Assembly: GCA_013626165.1 (NCBI GenBank)
Contig: NDHX01000008.1
Location: forward strand, 3,316 to 67,315
DNA: 64,000 nucleotides
Direction: 5' to 3'
From: Candidatus Velesiimonas alkalicola
GTDB lineage: Bacteria; Omnitrophota; Gorgyraeia; Velesiimonadales; Velesiimonadaceae
In this document: one piece after another, positions 18,424 to 28,889 of the stretch
How the letters are laid out: each line of letters starts with the position of its first letter
How positions within the stretch are numbered: position 1 is the first letter of the stretch
Translations under genes and position numbers: made by a program
Notes under the pieces: generated by a model
Database searches by the model: none
What the model was told of the DNA's origin: nothing
The model's input: only the letters and a program-made list of their open reading frames with translations

Positions 18424-19218
18424 TTAAGGTATTTCACCTTCAATCCCTATGACCACGCTCTCAAAGGGGATATCTTTCCCACTCTGGGCTAGTGCCTGCT
18501 GGGCGATATGAACAAGCCCGAAACAGCATGGAACTTCCATATGAAGGACCTTCAAGCTCTTTATGTCGGAATTTTTCAATATCTGGGCAATCTTGCCCTG
18601 ATAGGGAGCGGTATCGTCAAGCTTGGGACAGCAGATAGCGATTGCTTTCCCTTTCAGGAAATCACGGTGAAAGTTGGCGCACGCAAAAGGCACGCAATCG
18701 GCAACCAGGATCAAGTCTGTATTCTGGAAATATGGGGCGTGAGGCGGAACCAGATGAAGTTGTATCGGCCATTGCCGAAGCTCGGAGCTATCCCTCGGTT
18801 TCTCCGCTGTCTCCCCCTCTTCCTTCTTCTCCCAGTGCAACATCTGGGCTGAAGGGCAGGAGACCAGTCCCGGGTACGAATGGTGTTGCGGAAGCTCATG
18901 GGCATGCTCCTTCAGATGGGCCAGGTGTTTTTCCAGGAATTCAGGTGATTTCTCCTTGATATGGGCAATCACCCCCTCCTCGTCATACTCTTCAACTTCC
19001 TCTTCCTCGATAGTCAAGGCGCCCTGGGGACACTCGCCCAGACATGCACCGAGTCCATCGCAGAAATCCTCTTTTACTAATCTTGCTTTTTTACCTTCCG
19101 GCGTATCAACAATCTGTATTGCCTGTTCAGGACATGATGGGATACATTCTTCACAACCATTACATAATTCTTCATCAATTTTAATAATTTTTCTTTTTAT
19201 TTTAGCCATATTATGCAC
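18424..19218 (-). CDS. 4Fe-4S dicluster ferredoxin-domain protein with C-terminal Cys-rich (CCPKLDD.../CCFG) domain
   Basis: N-terminal [12 protein letters not shown] and [12 protein letters not shown] ferredoxin motifs. Confidence 0.6.
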   Translation of the reverse strand: MHNMAKIKRKIIKIDEELCNGCEECIPSCPEQAIQIVDTPEGKKARLVKEDFCDGLGACLGECPQGALTIEEEEVEEYDEEGVIAHIKEKSPEFLEKHLAHLKEHAHELPQHHSYPGLVSCPSAQMLHWEKKEEGETAEKPRDSSELRQWPIQLHLVPPHAPYFQNTDLILVADCVPFACANFHRDFLKGKAIAICCPKLDDTAPYQGKIAQILKNSDIKSLKVLHMEVPCCFGLVHIAQQALAQSGKDIPFESVVIGIEGEIP

Positions 19219-19229
19219 ACCTCCTTTTT

Positions 19230-19880
19230 TTACTTAAAAATTTCACCTGTTTCTTTTGACCAGAACAGTAGGTCAAGGTGTGAAATAGGTATGTTGATTC
19301 TTTTAGAAAACAGTTTTAGTTTATTTTCTATTTCAATATATTTCTTACCAGAAATATGTAATGGAATTTCTTTTATGACTTTGAGTGTTTTTAGGTTCTT
19401 CAAAATATGCCTGTCAAGAATAGCGAGATTTTCTCCAAGTCCGATGTTTCTTAAAAAATGACTTGCTTCTTTATAACCTATACCTTTGATATTTTTTACA
19501 AGCCATTCTCTGAGTTCGTAATGCGTGCAGTTTGTTAATATTTTTTTAAATTCTGGATAAACTTTTCTGGCATAACAAATATACTCTGATTTTTTATTTT
19601 TAAACCTTACGCCAGACAGACATTTTTGAATTTGGTCCTTATCACCGTTAAACAACAATCCTTCCTCTATCAGTTTCAAAACTACCGCCCAACAATTTTT
19701 TGCTTTTGACTGAGGAGTAAGTAAACAGAAAACAAGTTCGGCAAAAAGTTCTGTACCACTTTTCGTTTTCCATGTATCTTTAAATTCTTTAAGTCGTTCT
19801 ACAATGTTTGGTTTTAATCGCTTGTAGAATTGTCTAAGTTCTTTTGTATTTGACACTTTTTCTCTTTTAATAATTTTCAC
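19230..19880 (-). CDS. ogg: 8-oxoguanine DNA glycosylase/lyase, Ogg2 (TM1821-like) family
   Basis: [11 protein letters not shown] and [22 protein letters not shown] HhH-GPD motifs, 216 aa. Confidence 0.8.
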   Translation of the reverse strand: MKIIKREKVSNTKELRQFYKRLKPNIVERLKEFKDTWKTKSGTELFAELVFCLLTPQSKAKNCWAVVLKLIEEGLLFNGDKDQIQKCLSGVRFKNKKSEYICYARKVYPEFKKILTNCTHYELREWLVKNIKGIGYKEASHFLRNIGLGENLAILDRHILKNLKTLKVIKEIPLHISGKKYIEIENKLKLFSKRINIPISHLDLLFWSKETGEIFK

Positions 19881-20442
19881 CTAATAATTCAAAATATACT
19901 CTCGGATGTGCACATGCCGGACATTCTTCCGGTGCTTCTGTCCTTTCATAAATATAACCACAGTTTCTACATTTCCATTTTACAACTTCATTCCTATTAA
20001 AAACCAGGGTTTTCTCAATGTTTTCCAAAAGAGCAAGATACCTTTTTTCATGCTGTTTTTCAGCAACTGCTATTGAACTAAAAACTTTCGCTATATCCCT
20101 AAACTCTTCTTGTTCTGCTATTTTTGCAAATTCAGGATACATCTGTGTCCATTCATAATTTTCACCAGCAGATGATGCTCTTAAATTTTCTTTTGTATCT
20201 CCAATAACACCTGCAGGAAAAGTAGCAGAAATTTCTAATTCGCCACCTTCTAAAAACTTAAACAATCGCTTGGCATGTTCTTTTTCGTTATCTGCGGTTT
20301 CTAAAAATATTGCAGATATCTGCTCATAACCATCTTTTTTCGCCTGCGAAGCAAAGTAAGTGTACCGATTCCTTGCCTGCGATTCACCTGCAAATGCTGT
20401 GAGTAAATTTTTTTCTGTCTCTGTACCTTTTAATGTCTTCAT
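19867..20442 (-). CDS. rbr: Rubrerythrin
   Basis: Ferritin-like diiron domain ([15 protein letters not shown]) plus C-terminal rubredoxin-like CRNCGY...CPAC. Confidence 0.9.
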   Translation of the reverse strand: MKTLKGTETEKNLLTAFAGESQARNRYTYFASQAKKDGYEQISAIFLETADNEKEHAKRLFKFLEGGELEISATFPAGVIGDTKENLRASSAGENYEWTQMYPEFAKIAEQEEFRDIAKVFSSIAVAEKQHEKRYLALLENIEKTLVFNRNEVVKWKCRNCGYIYERTEAPEECPACAHPRVYFELLGENY

Positions 20443-20461
20443 TGTGATTGCCTCCTTAAAT

Positions 20462-20836
20462 TTAATTTTTCCATAACCCGTGAATATTACAGTATTCTCT
20501 TGCTGTTATGTTTTCTCCTGTTATAGAGAATACCGCTTCTGGTATATCACCGGGTTTTAGGAATTTCCTGTATGCGATACCATCAGCCATTATTTCTATC
20601 CACTCAATATAATGTTTCACCTCCATTGGGTGTGGAACACTGCCAACTTTCACTTTTATTCCATCATCTGTTTTCTCAATCACAGGAAGATGTTTTTCTT
20701 TTGATGCATCAACAGTGTTTTCTTTTAAGAGTTTCATTGGCTGATCACAGCACACCAGTTGCCCTTTCCCTTCGTGTAATACCTCTGTGATATTGCCACA
20801 AATTTCACACTTGGACACTTCTAATTTTTCAGTCAT
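20462..20836 (-). CDS. dfx: Desulfoferrodoxin (2Fe superoxide reductase)
   Basis: N-terminal desulforedoxin CEICGN...CCDQPM plus SOR domain with HxxH/C ligands, 124 aa. Confidence 0.9.
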   Translation of the reverse strand: MTEKLEVSKCEICGNITEVLHEGKGQLVCCDQPMKLLKENTVDASKEKHLPVIEKTDDGIKVKVGSVPHPMEVKHYIEWIEIMADGIAYRKFLKPGDIPEAVFSITGENITAREYCNIHGLWKN

Positions 20837-20843
20837 TCTTGAC

Positions 20844-22037
20844 TCACCTCCTTTCTATGAGATTGTTCTCCCTGTGCTTTTTGTAAATATCATCTGCTAA
20901 TCTATTTAACGAATTAAAATCATCTTCTTTCGGGTATCCTTTTGCAACAACAGGCTCAATAATTTCTACTTTTAGATTAGTTAGCATTCCAGTAATTTGT
21001 TCTAACATTTTTCCACCCCAGGAATAAGAACCAATCAACGAGGCAAATTTAACCTTCGGTCTCAAAACATTGGCAAGATAAACTGCATAAACTACATTTG
21101 GATGCGGGCCTGCTAAAACCGTTGGCGAGGCAATCACAATTGTAGCAGCATCTACAAGTGCTGTTGCAAGTTCTCCTATATCTGTTTTTGTCAAGTTGAA
21201 TGGCTTTACAGTGATACCTTTCTCAATAAGTGCATCTATAAAATAATCAACCATCTTTGCAGTGCTACCATGCATTGAGATATAGGCAACAACTACTTCA
21301 TTTTTTACTTCATCAGAAATCCAATCTTTATATGTATCCAAGATAAATTTTGGTCTATTGTAAACCGGACCGTGGCTTGGTGCAATTATCTCAATGTCCA
21401 AGTCCTTTATCTTCTCCAGGTGTTTTTTGATAATGGTTCTAAACGGCATCATAATCTCTGCATAATAACGTTTTGCAGCCTCGTATACTTTTGCTTCGTC
21501 TATGACAAACAAATCACTTGTCGCTAAATGCGAACCTAAAAAATCGCAAGGAAACAAAATTTTATCTTCTTTTAAGTAAGCAACCATTGTCTCGGGCCAG
21601 TGAACCCAGGGAGTGTGTATAAACTCTAATGTTCTATTACCCAATGATATTGTTTCTCTGTCATTTACAGTTATGAATTTTTCCGCAGAAATTAACAGTA
21701 AATCCATAAGCATTTCTTTGCATTTCGGAGTAGTTATAACTTTTGCATCGGGATAAAGTTTAAGAATTTCAGGAATACTGCCAGAATGGTCTTGCTCAGC
21801 ATGGTTTGCAATAACATAATCAATGTTTGTAATCCCAAGTTCCTCAAGATTATTTACAAGTTCGCACTGTTTAGTTGGGTCAACAGTATCTATAAGCGTT
21901 GTTTTCTCACTACCTTTTATCAAGTAAGAGTTATAACTTGTCCCATCCGGAAGCGGTATAAGTTCATCAAACAATCTTCTATCCCAATCAATTGCACCTA
22001 CTGAATAAATCCCTGATTTTATTTCTCTGATAGCCAT
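20844..22037 (-). CDS. fprA: Flavodiiron protein (FprA / rubredoxin:oxygen oxidoreductase)
   Basis: Metallo-beta-lactamase-like diiron domain (NHAEQDHSG) fused to flavodoxin domain, 397 aa. Confidence 0.9.
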   Translation of the reverse strand: MAIREIKSGIYSVGAIDWDRRLFDELIPLPDGTSYNSYLIKGSEKTTLIDTVDPTKQCELVNNLEELGITNIDYVIANHAEQDHSGSIPEILKLYPDAKVITTPKCKEMLMDLLLISAEKFITVNDRETISLGNRTLEFIHTPWVHWPETMVAYLKEDKILFPCDFLGSHLATSDLFVIDEAKVYEAAKRYYAEIMMPFRTIIKKHLEKIKDLDIEIIAPSHGPVYNRPKFILDTYKDWISDEVKNEVVVAYISMHGSTAKMVDYFIDALIEKGITVKPFNLTKTDIGELATALVDAATIVIASPTVLAGPHPNVVYAVYLANVLRPKVKFASLIGSYSWGGKMLEQITGMLTNLKVEIIEPVVAKGYPKEDDFNSLNRLADDIYKKHRENNLIERR

Positions 22038-22053
22038 TTTTTTTATTCCTCCT

Positions 22054-22788
22054 TTACAAATATTTTTTTTCTGCTATCTGTTTACCAGCAACGGTTAGAA
22101 AATTCTTATCAATAATTTTTTTTAACTTTTCTTTATCACTTAAATTAAATTCATCTTCTATATTAACCAACCAATCCGCATCCCATAGTATTTTAAAGTT
22201 CAGTGTATCTATTTCACCAGGGCTGTGGTGACTGGCAATTATTTTACATACTTCATCTATAATTTCCTGTTTTATACCTACTTTTTGAAGAATTTCTTTT
22301 GCTATTGGTGGACTTTCCTTCTCCTGTAATTGACCGTCCGTAGAATTGTATTTTCTTTCACATTCTTTTATTCCAATATCATGTAATACTGCTGATATTA
22401 CCACCACCCTTCTGTCAGCAGTTCCTTCTTGTTGTAATATCTTTTCAGCAAAATGTGTAACTTTTATAGCATGGGTTATTCTTTTTATATCGTCTCCAAA
22501 ATAGGTTATCATTTCAGATAGGATTTTTTCTTTAAAATCTAACTTTGCTTTATTCAATTCAATTCTTGGTTTTAACTCTTTATATTTTTCTTCTCCGATA
22601 CATTCTTTTGCATAACTGCACCAATCAATACATGAAGGTATATTTTCGCGATAGACATCGGCTTTACATTTTGGACAAATAACTTTTATTTCATTAGAAA
22701 ATACTTCAACTTTATAGCCACAATTCTTGCATACTTGTTCTTCAACACGAAGGTTTCTAATATCTATTCCTGGACATTTGGAATCCAT
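22054..22788 (-). CDS. HD-domain phosphohydrolase with N-terminal Zn-ribbon
   Basis: CKNCGY...CPKC ribbon; HD motif AVLHDIG...HH. Confidence 0.65.
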   Translation of the reverse strand: MDSKCPGIDIRNLRVEEQVCKNCGYKVEVFSNEIKVICPKCKADVYRENIPSCIDWCSYAKECIGEEKYKELKPRIELNKAKLDFKEKILSEMITYFGDDIKRITHAIKVTHFAEKILQQEGTADRRVVVISAVLHDIGIKECERKYNSTDGQLQEKESPPIAKEILQKVGIKQEIIDEVCKIIASHHSPGEIDTLNFKILWDADWLVNIEDEFNLSDKEKLKKIIDKNFLTVAGKQIAEKKYL

Positions 22789-22791
22789 TTA

Positions 22792-23397
22792 TTACCTCTG
22801 TACAAGTTTATCAAAAGCAACAAGTTCTTTTTTTATTCCTAATAAAACAGATTTAGTTCCGACAGTTTTTTTAGCTTTTATTCCTTCACCCCGTTTCTCT
22901 GTGGATGGTTCAATTATTTCTAATTTATCAATGTCTTTAATACTTTTTGTAATAAATTGTTTTAAAAATTCTTCCTTTTTGAATTCTTTATCTCTTTCTC
23001 TTGCTCGTTGAATGTATATCCCATTTATTTTTTTTTCTCCGTCAAGACCAAAAACAAATTCAATTGCGCCATACTCACCTTTCTGTGAAGCAGCTATTAT
23101 ATAACCCAATACCGCACCAGTTGCGTCTAACATTTCATAATACTGGTATGTCTCTCTCTGGCCTGGCAAAAGTTTACTTCCTAATCTTTTTTCTATTATC
23201 TCAAGTTGCGAAGATGTGATTTTTTTAGTAATGGTCCGGTAATCTTTTGCCTCTTTAAAGATTCTCGTCATTGTTCTTTCTGGATTTCTCCAGACACAGA
23301 TATATACTTCTTGAGTAAAACTTTTTACTGGAAGAAAACTAAAAATTACGACTGAAAATATAATAAGTCTGGATAAAAAACTCATTTTCTCCTCCAT
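22792..23397 (-). CDS. Secreted FMN-binding-domain protein (FMN_bind-like)
   Basis: Signal peptide; GEYGAIEFVFGLDGEKKINGIYI resembles FMN_bind domains. Confidence 0.45.
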   Translation of the reverse strand: MEEKMSFLSRLIIFSVVIFSFLPVKSFTQEVYICVWRNPERTMTRIFKEAKDYRTITKKITSSQLEIIEKRLGSKLLPGQRETYQYYEMLDATGAVLGYIIAASQKGEYGAIEFVFGLDGEKKINGIYIQRARERDKEFKKEEFLKQFITKSIKDIDKLEIIEPSTEKRGEGIKAKKTVGTKSVLLGIKKELVAFDKLVQR

Positions 23398-23565
23398 TCA
23401 AGGCGAATTTTTGCGCAATTCTTATTTGAAAACCAGTAAAAATGTTATAAGTTAACCCAGTACTTAATGAATGTTGTTTTTTATCTCCCGCTACTTCTAC
23501 CAGAGCATAACCCGTATTCAGGTCTATTTTCGGCAATATGGCATAATCAGCACTAGAAAATACTC

Positions 23566-23733
23566 CTAAAAGTTTTTTTCATCTTCTTCTTTATCTCTTC
23601 TCTTCTTCCACTTATAGAACCACTTTCTACTCACTCCATATCTTTTACGGAGGAAGGTTATTGGTTCCCGGTTTTTATCTGCCTCTTCGAATATTCTCAG
23701 TCTCATTCTATAAAGACACTCTTTTTCTCCCAT
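23566..23733 (-). mobile_element. Orphan IS-type transposase HTH (OrfA-like) fragment, 55 aa (MGEKECLYRMRLRIFEEADKNREPITFLRKRYGVSRKWFYKWKKRRDKEEDEKNF)
   Basis: Own translation; GGAGG RBS 6 nt upstream; below ORF-track cutoff. Sits at a low-GC/high-GC boundary. Confidence 0.5.
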
Positions 23734-23898
23734 ACCCGAACCTCCTTTTTGTTAGTATTCTACCGGAGGTTCTGGTAGGCGTCAAAGAAATCTTTTTTCT
23801 CTCTTTTCCTGCCCAAAATTCTGCTTATTTAAGAGCAAATTTTGGGCAGGTAGAACAAAGATTTGTTACCACCACTTGAATATATTACATTTTAAGCC

Positions 23899-24591
23899 CT
23901 ACATCTTCTCAAACTCATCCTTGCCTGCCCCGCAGACCGGACATACCCAGTCATCGGGTAAGTTCTCAAATGGCGTTCCGGGCGGGATATCGCTCTCGGG
24001 GTCTCCTATCTCGGGATCATAGACATAGCCACAAACAGTGCACTCATATTTTGCCATCTTGGTGACCTCCTTTTCCTTTTCGATATACGATGGGGCTGCC
24101 TTCGGTGTGGGGCCTCTTTTGACCTGCTGATAATAGGCATAGGTTATCGGCTGGCCATCCCTGAGGGTTTCCGCCGCTACCAATTCTGCCAGGAATATGG
24201 TGTGGGTGCCGGCATCCACCTCGGAGATAACCTTAGCCTCCAGATAGGCCAGGGCATTATCCAGCACTATGGGTGCACCGGTCTGGCCTATTCTGAAATT
24301 GATGCCCCTGAGCTTATCCGTTTCTCTTCCCGACTTGAATCCAAACTTGCCGATGAAGTCCAGTGGTGTATCCTGTGCCAGGATGGAGACCGTAAATGCC
24401 CGGCTATCCTGGATAAACTCATGGGTGAGGTTGCCTTTGTTCAAGCATACGGAAATCCTCGGCGGCGCAGAACAGACCTGAATCACCGTGTTGGCGATCT
24501 GCGCATTGAGCTTGTCGGCCTTTCTGGCGCCGATGACATATAACCCGTAACTTATCCTGTGCAGTGCATTGGTATCCACACTACCTCTCAC
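23899..24591 (-). CDS. hrb: High-molecular-weight rubredoxin (flavin reductase-like domain fused to C-terminal rubredoxin)
   Basis: Flavin reductase split-barrel region plus YECTVCGY...[13 protein letters not shown] rubredoxin; ~55% GC. Confidence 0.85.
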   Translation of the reverse strand: MRGSVDTNALHRISYGLYVIGARKADKLNAQIANTVIQVCSAPPRISVCLNKGNLTHEFIQDSRAFTVSILAQDTPLDFIGKFGFKSGRETDKLRGINFRIGQTGAPIVLDNALAYLEAKVISEVDAGTHTIFLAELVAAETLRDGQPITYAYYQQVKRGPTPKAAPSYIEKEKEVTKMAKYECTVCGYVYDPEIGDPESDIPPGTPFENLPDDWVCPVCGAGKDEFEKM

Positions 24592-25155
24592 TCAATAGTT
24601 TTCCGCCATAAGCTCGTAGTAGCTCTGGGGGAAGGCACAGGCAGGGCAAACCTCCGGTGCTTCGGTTCCCGTATGCACATATCCACAATTCCGGCACTTC
24701 CACTTCACCACTTTGTCCTTCTTGAAGACCTTCCCTTCCGCGACATTTCTGAGCAAGGCCAGGTACCGATTCTCGTGCTCCTCCTCAACCTCGGCCACCT
24801 CTTTGAAGAAATCGGCGATCTCAGTGAAGCCTTCCTCGCGGGCCACTTTTTCAAATCCGGGATACATATCGGTCCATTCGTAGTTCTCACCCGCCGCCGC
24901 CGCCTTGAGATTCTCCTTCGTCATACCGGTTCCCATAACGAAATCGAACTCCCTCCTGGCATGCTCCCTTTCGTTTTCGGCCGTCTCCAGGAATATGCCA
25001 GCGATCTGCTCGAACCCCTCTCCTTTAGCTACGGCGGCAAAGTAGGTGTACTTGTTGCGCGCCTGCGACTCGCCGGCAAAGGCGGCCAGAAGATTCTGCT
25101 CGGTCTTGCTTCCTTTCAGTTCCATTGTTCCTCCTTTTGCGTTTTTCTCAACCAA
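24592..25155 (-). CDS. rbr: Rubrerythrin (second, higher-GC paralog)
   Basis: [16 protein letters not shown]-terminal CRNCGY...CPAC. Confidence 0.9.
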   Translation of the reverse strand: MVEKNAKGGTMELKGSKTEQNLLAAFAGESQARNKYTYFAAVAKGEGFEQIAGIFLETAENEREHARREFDFVMGTGMTKENLKAAAAGENYEWTDMYPGFEKVAREEGFTEIADFFKEVAEVEEEHENRYLALLRNVAEGKVFKKDKVVKWKCRNCGYVHTGTEAPEVCPACAFPQSYYELMAENY

Positions 25156-25321
25156 TCTATAGGATGAAACATCTCACCCTTTTCTTATCTTATTTTGTGA
25201 TTGTAAAAAAATTACCCGCCGGGTTTGGTAATTATAAAAATTTCATTTAATACTACTATTTGATTTTTTTGGTATTCATCTTCGGGTAATTTGTCGGTCA
25301 CTCCTGAATACTTTACATTTT

Positions 25322-25468
25322 TTACCAACCAACCTTTCTTGTTTTCGCCTTAAAATCTATAGCAAAAGGTGGATCTGTTATAACCAGATCTATTGTATTA
25401 TCTGGAATATACTTCATTCCTTCTATGCAATCTATATTATAGATTTTATTGAATTCTATCTTTTTCAT
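25322..25468 (-). pseudogene. N-terminal fragment of a beta-class N4/N6 DNA methyltransferase (motif IV DPPF), 48 codons then stop
   Basis: Own translation: MKKIEFNKIYNIDCIEGMKYIPDNTIDLVITDPPFAIDFKAKTRKVGW*. Confidence 0.6.
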
Positions 25469-25571
25469 TTTTTTGCCCAATTTCTATATCAGGCGTTCTT
25501 CTTGTTTTTTCTTGCAAGATTGCTTCTTGGAGTTCTTTTTCAGTTTTGAAACTTATTTTTTGATTAGACAT
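25446..25571 (-). pseudogene. Truncated paralog of the HTH N-terminus of the 16709-17092 gene (MSNQKISFKTEKELQEAILQEKTRRT...), 41 codons, overlaps the MTase fragment in another frame
   Basis: ~130 bp (25500-25625) near-identical to 17030-17140. Confidence 0.5.
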
Positions 25572-25626
25572 TATATTTTCTTTTTATTAATTTTTTTATT
25601 AAAACTACCGTTTCGTCTAACGGGCC

Positions 25627-25663
25627 TTGCATTGCTGCTATGCGAAGCATAGAAGCAATGCAA
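25627..25663 (-). terminator. 17-bp-stem hairpin (ttgcattgctgctatgc-gaa-gcatagaagcaatgcaa) 3' of the restriction-modification operon; preceded by small ccgtt-N6-aacgg palindrome at 25608-25623
   Basis: Direct reading; T-rich tract follows on minus strand. Confidence 0.45.
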
Positions 25664-25681
25664 TGTTGTAAGCCGTTTTTA

Positions 25682-26458
25682 TTATTTCAGATAGTCGCAA
25701 ATTCTACTTACTAAACTGGCAAAATTTCCAATTCCGTCAAGATTTTCAACGTTATTTAAAACATAAATTCCTCCGCCCAATCTCACGTCATCAAGTATTA
25801 ACTGCACTTCTGTATTTTTCATGGTGCTTCTTATTTTTCCGGTTTCTGAGTGTTTTACAAAATCTTTACCTTTTGCCCAATCAAGCGTTACAAAAGCATA
25901 TTTCAAACTGATGTTTTGTTTTGTAAAAATCACTTCATATTTTTCTTTTCCGTATTTAACATTCAAAACATCTTGGTCCATAAGAAATAAATGAGAGAGA
26001 AATTGTCCTACTCGTTCTCTTGTTGTGCCTTTTACTGAAAGTATAAAAACTTTATTTGTATTTTGAAAATTGGTTTTGCTGTAAATTAAAATATCACTAT
26101 CAAAATACTTTTCGTGAGATGAATGTTTACGTTCAATCCTCAATGAATGAACTATTTTTTTAACGGTTTCATTTTCAGTTTTGTTGTTCGTTACTATATA
26201 ATCAAATTTGTTTTGCTCAAAATATAATGTTAGCAAATACATTATAACTTCCTCAACTAATTTACCCAAAACTGAGTCTACACTTGATTTTTGTTGCCTT
26301 GCTGTTTGCTCTTTTAGTGTTACAGAATATTGCTTAGCGTAATTTTCTGCGTCAGTGAAGTTAAAAAAGTCATTAAGGTTTATTCCTATGTGCACAAGCC
26401 CTTTTTGGATAATGGGTTTATCAAGTTTTTGTTTTATGTATTCACTATGTTTAAGCAT
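25682..26458 (-). CDS. Putative type II restriction endonuclease (cognate of adjacent MTase)
   Basis: 258 aa, no recognisable family motif; 8-nt overlap with upstream MTase gene in same operon, AT-rich island context. Confidence 0.5.
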   Translation of the reverse strand: MLKHSEYIKQKLDKPIIQKGLVHIGINLNDFFNFTDAENYAKQYSVTLKEQTARQQKSSVDSVLGKLVEEVIMYLLTLYFEQNKFDYIVTNNKTENETVKKIVHSLRIERKHSSHEKYFDSDILIYSKTNFQNTNKVFILSVKGTTRERVGQFLSHLFLMDQDVLNVKYGKEKYEVIFTKQNISLKYAFVTLDWAKGKDFVKHSETGKIRSTMKNTEVQLILDDVRLGGGIYVLNNVENLDGIGNFASLVSRICDYLK

Positions 26459-27278
26459 AAAATAAATTAGTTTTGTAGTAGTTAATGTACTGTTTTGCTA
26501 ATTTGCAGTATTCTTTTGATTTATCAATATAAATAAATTTTCTTTCAGTTTTTAGCGCCACAACGGCAACAGTTCCACTGCCGCCAAATGGGTCTAATAC
26601 AATATTTTCCTGATAAGTATAAAATTTAATTAAACGATAAACTAATTCTTCAGGAAATGGAACAGGGTGTCCTTTGGGTTGGGTTTGAGGTTTTATCTCC
26701 CAAAATGAATTTGAGTATTTAATAAATTCTTCTTTTGTAATATCTATTTTTGATTTATCACCTTCTAATTTTCTCGTACCTTTTGAAAATACAAGCACAA
26801 ATTCATAAGGCTGAACTACATAAGGATTGCTTGGGCTTTGCCAACTTCCCCATGCAGTTCTTTTTGAAATTGATTGTTTATACCACAAAATATCGCCTCG
26901 CATTATGTAACCAATTTTTCGAATTTGATTTACTACATCTACGAACAGTGGCTGATATTCGCTATCTGCTGTAACGCTTGGTACATTTATACATATTCTG
27001 CCTCCGCCTACTAAAATTCTATAACATTCTACCCATGTTTGCTCCAAAAATTGCAAATACTCTTTATATGGCATTAAATCGTGGTGATTTTCATAAGATA
27101 TTCCTACGTTGTAAGGTGGTGAAGTTATGATTAATTGTACTAAATTTTCGGGCAAATTACTCATTACTTCAATGCAATCACCACAAAATATTTGATTTAT
27201 TGGATTTCCATTATTGTGAACGAAGTTCTGCACGTCCTCAACAATATTAAATTTATGGTCTGTATTATACTCTTTCAT
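26451..27278 (-). CDS. Beta-class N4-cytosine/N6-adenine DNA methyltransferase
   Basis: Motif IV LIITSPPY near N-term, motif I VLDPFGGSGTVAV near C-term. Confidence 0.9.
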   Translation of the reverse strand: MKEYNTDHKFNIVEDVQNFVHNNGNPINQIFCGDCIEVMSNLPENLVQLIITSPPYNVGISYENHHDLMPYKEYLQFLEQTWVECYRILVGGGRICINVPSVTADSEYQPLFVDVVNQIRKIGYIMRGDILWYKQSISKRTAWGSWQSPSNPYVVQPYEFVLVFSKGTRKLEGDKSKIDITKEEFIKYSNSFWEIKPQTQPKGHPVPFPEELVYRLIKFYTYQENIVLDPFGGSGTVAVVALKTERKFIYIDKSKEYCKLAKQYINYYKTNLFYA

Positions 27279-27337
27279 TTTTAATGTTTGTTCGTTTCTT
27301 TAAAATGGCTTACAACGGTTTCGGTGTATGCGAAATT

Positions 27338-27402
27338 GCCGCCTGCCTGTGCGTGCCTGCCTGAGCGAGTCCGCTCGCAGTCAGGTCCGCACGCAGACAG
27401 GA
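27338..27402. repeat. GC-rich 8-bp-period imperfect hairpin array (repeat family copy D)
   Basis: ctgcctgtgcgtgcctgcctgagcgagtccgctcgcagtcaggtccgcacgcagacagg; shares cctgtctgcgtgc with copy C. Confidence 0.65.
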
Positions 27403-27548
27403 AGACAATTTGGGCAAAGCGTAGCGAAGCCTTTTATCTGCTGCTATATGACCCGAACATAGTAAGGGCAAGGAGCGAAGCGACGAAGAGTTTCTTCACA
27501 AGCCCTCTTTTCTTTTGTTCCATCTGATACAATATTTTATTTCTGCTT

Positions 27549-28601
27549 TCAACCTTGTTTCCTTACTATTTCATTGAGGTCATGTAGCAGTCTTCCATCT
27601 TTTGTTTGCCAGTATCTAGGCCCTGCAACACGATATTTACCATGTTTAAGCCCGAGTTTTCTATCTATATTTCCAGCTATTTTTGAGATTGGGTAAATTT
27701 TACCATCTTTTTTGTATTTTAATTTGTTTTTATTTGCCACTATTTTGGCTTGTTCATCCTTGAATACTTTACCATGGAAAAAGTATAAGGTTTGACCGTT
27801 TCTAACCAGGCCAGCATCTACCAACTCTTGCAAGGAAACTTTCCTAGCCTTCCCAACATATTCTGGAGATGGACCAACACGTGATGTCCCACCAGGAGGA
27901 GTTGGAATTTTAAAAAGATCACAAGGTAAACCAAGAGCATTCCAGATATCGGAGATCTTGGTTTCTACTTTCTTCACTATCGCTTCCTTTTCTTTCTTTA
28001 ACTGTTCAATCTCTTCTTCCTTTGTTTTGATGTCACTATCAATGCCCTCAATTTTGGTATCGTATTCCTGCTTGATGCGTTCTTCATTCGCCATAGCATC
28101 TTTTATTTCTCGCTCTCGCTCATCTATTTTCTTATGCACACTCCTGTTCTGAAGGCTATCGTTATGTAAAAGGTCTGAAAGTATTTCCCAAAGCGCTTTT
28201 TTGCCGAAGTCTTGTCTTTTAAAGGAATATAACAATGACCTTTCAAATGCTACCCCTCGAAGTGGACTATAGATTCTAATTTCGGTGCCGTTTGCTATTA
28301 CCGTAAGTAATACAGTCTCTGTAAAAGTGTAATTTTTTATCTGCTCTATATGGTCGCTTAGATTTTCATTGTAATTCTTGGTATCAATAATCACCTTACA
28401 GTCAAGGGGTAATTTTTTAATGAAAATATCTATTTTCTTACCTATTTGGGTGCCGTATTCAAAATCCAAATTTTCCATTTTATGGCCCAACAATTCTAAT
28501 ATTGGGACAATGACCTTATTTTTTACATTCTCTTCTTTTGCTCCTATTTCGCTTTCTGTTAGTTTAGCAATTCTCTCTATTGATTGTTTTATTTCCATCA
28601 T
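27549..28601 (-). CDS. Defence-island protein: N-terminal HsdR_N-like (PD-(D/E)xK-type) domain, central coiled coil, C-terminal ~100-aa uncharacterised domain
   Basis: N-term KVIVPILELLGHKMENLDFEYGTQIGKKIDIFIKK...KVIIDTK; E/K-rich coiled coil 150-215; C-term YFFHGKVF...KYRVAGPRYWQTKDGRLL. Confidence 0.45.
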   Translation of the reverse strand: MMEIKQSIERIAKLTESEIGAKEENVKNKVIVPILELLGHKMENLDFEYGTQIGKKIDIFIKKLPLDCKVIIDTKNYNENLSDHIEQIKNYTFTETVLLTVIANGTEIRIYSPLRGVAFERSLLYSFKRQDFGKKALWEILSDLLHNDSLQNRSVHKKIDEREREIKDAMANEERIKQEYDTKIEGIDSDIKTKEEEIEQLKKEKEAIVKKVETKISDIWNALGLPCDLFKIPTPPGGTSRVGPSPEYVGKARKVSLQELVDAGLVRNGQTLYFFHGKVFKDEQAKIVANKNKLKYKKDGKIYPISKIAGNIDRKLGLKHGKYRVAGPRYWQTKDGRLLHDLNEIVRKQG

Positions 28602-28889
28602 TGTTCACCTCCTTTTGGCGTGCGAGGAAATTTCACATAACTTGTTTGTATCCGAATAATCTCAGATATACTCCTAAAACAGAGAGGGGTTGTATCCGAA
28701 GCATTTTGGATATTTCTACTCTGGCAGAATCGCCAGAATCCCCTACCTGTGACATATTATCCGGGATACTTTAATTTATCCTCCAATAAAAGATGTTTTA
28801 GTCTAATACAACAGATATAAGTTTGACCCTTCTCCTAATGCCCTCTTCATGTATTATTTCCGCCTTCTTTTTAATGGTTTTTATTTTTA

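Noticed and set aside
18205-18492. ORF 18205-18492 (95 aa, P/L/R-rich)
   Set aside because: Low-complexity translation in a region of multiple broken frames; more likely degraded DNA than a gene.
27370-27402. gtcaggtcc...aggaag resembling SRP (4.5S) RNA domain IV
   Set aside because: No GNRA tetraloop or flanking helix; the segment belongs to the GC-rich periodic repeat family (copy D).
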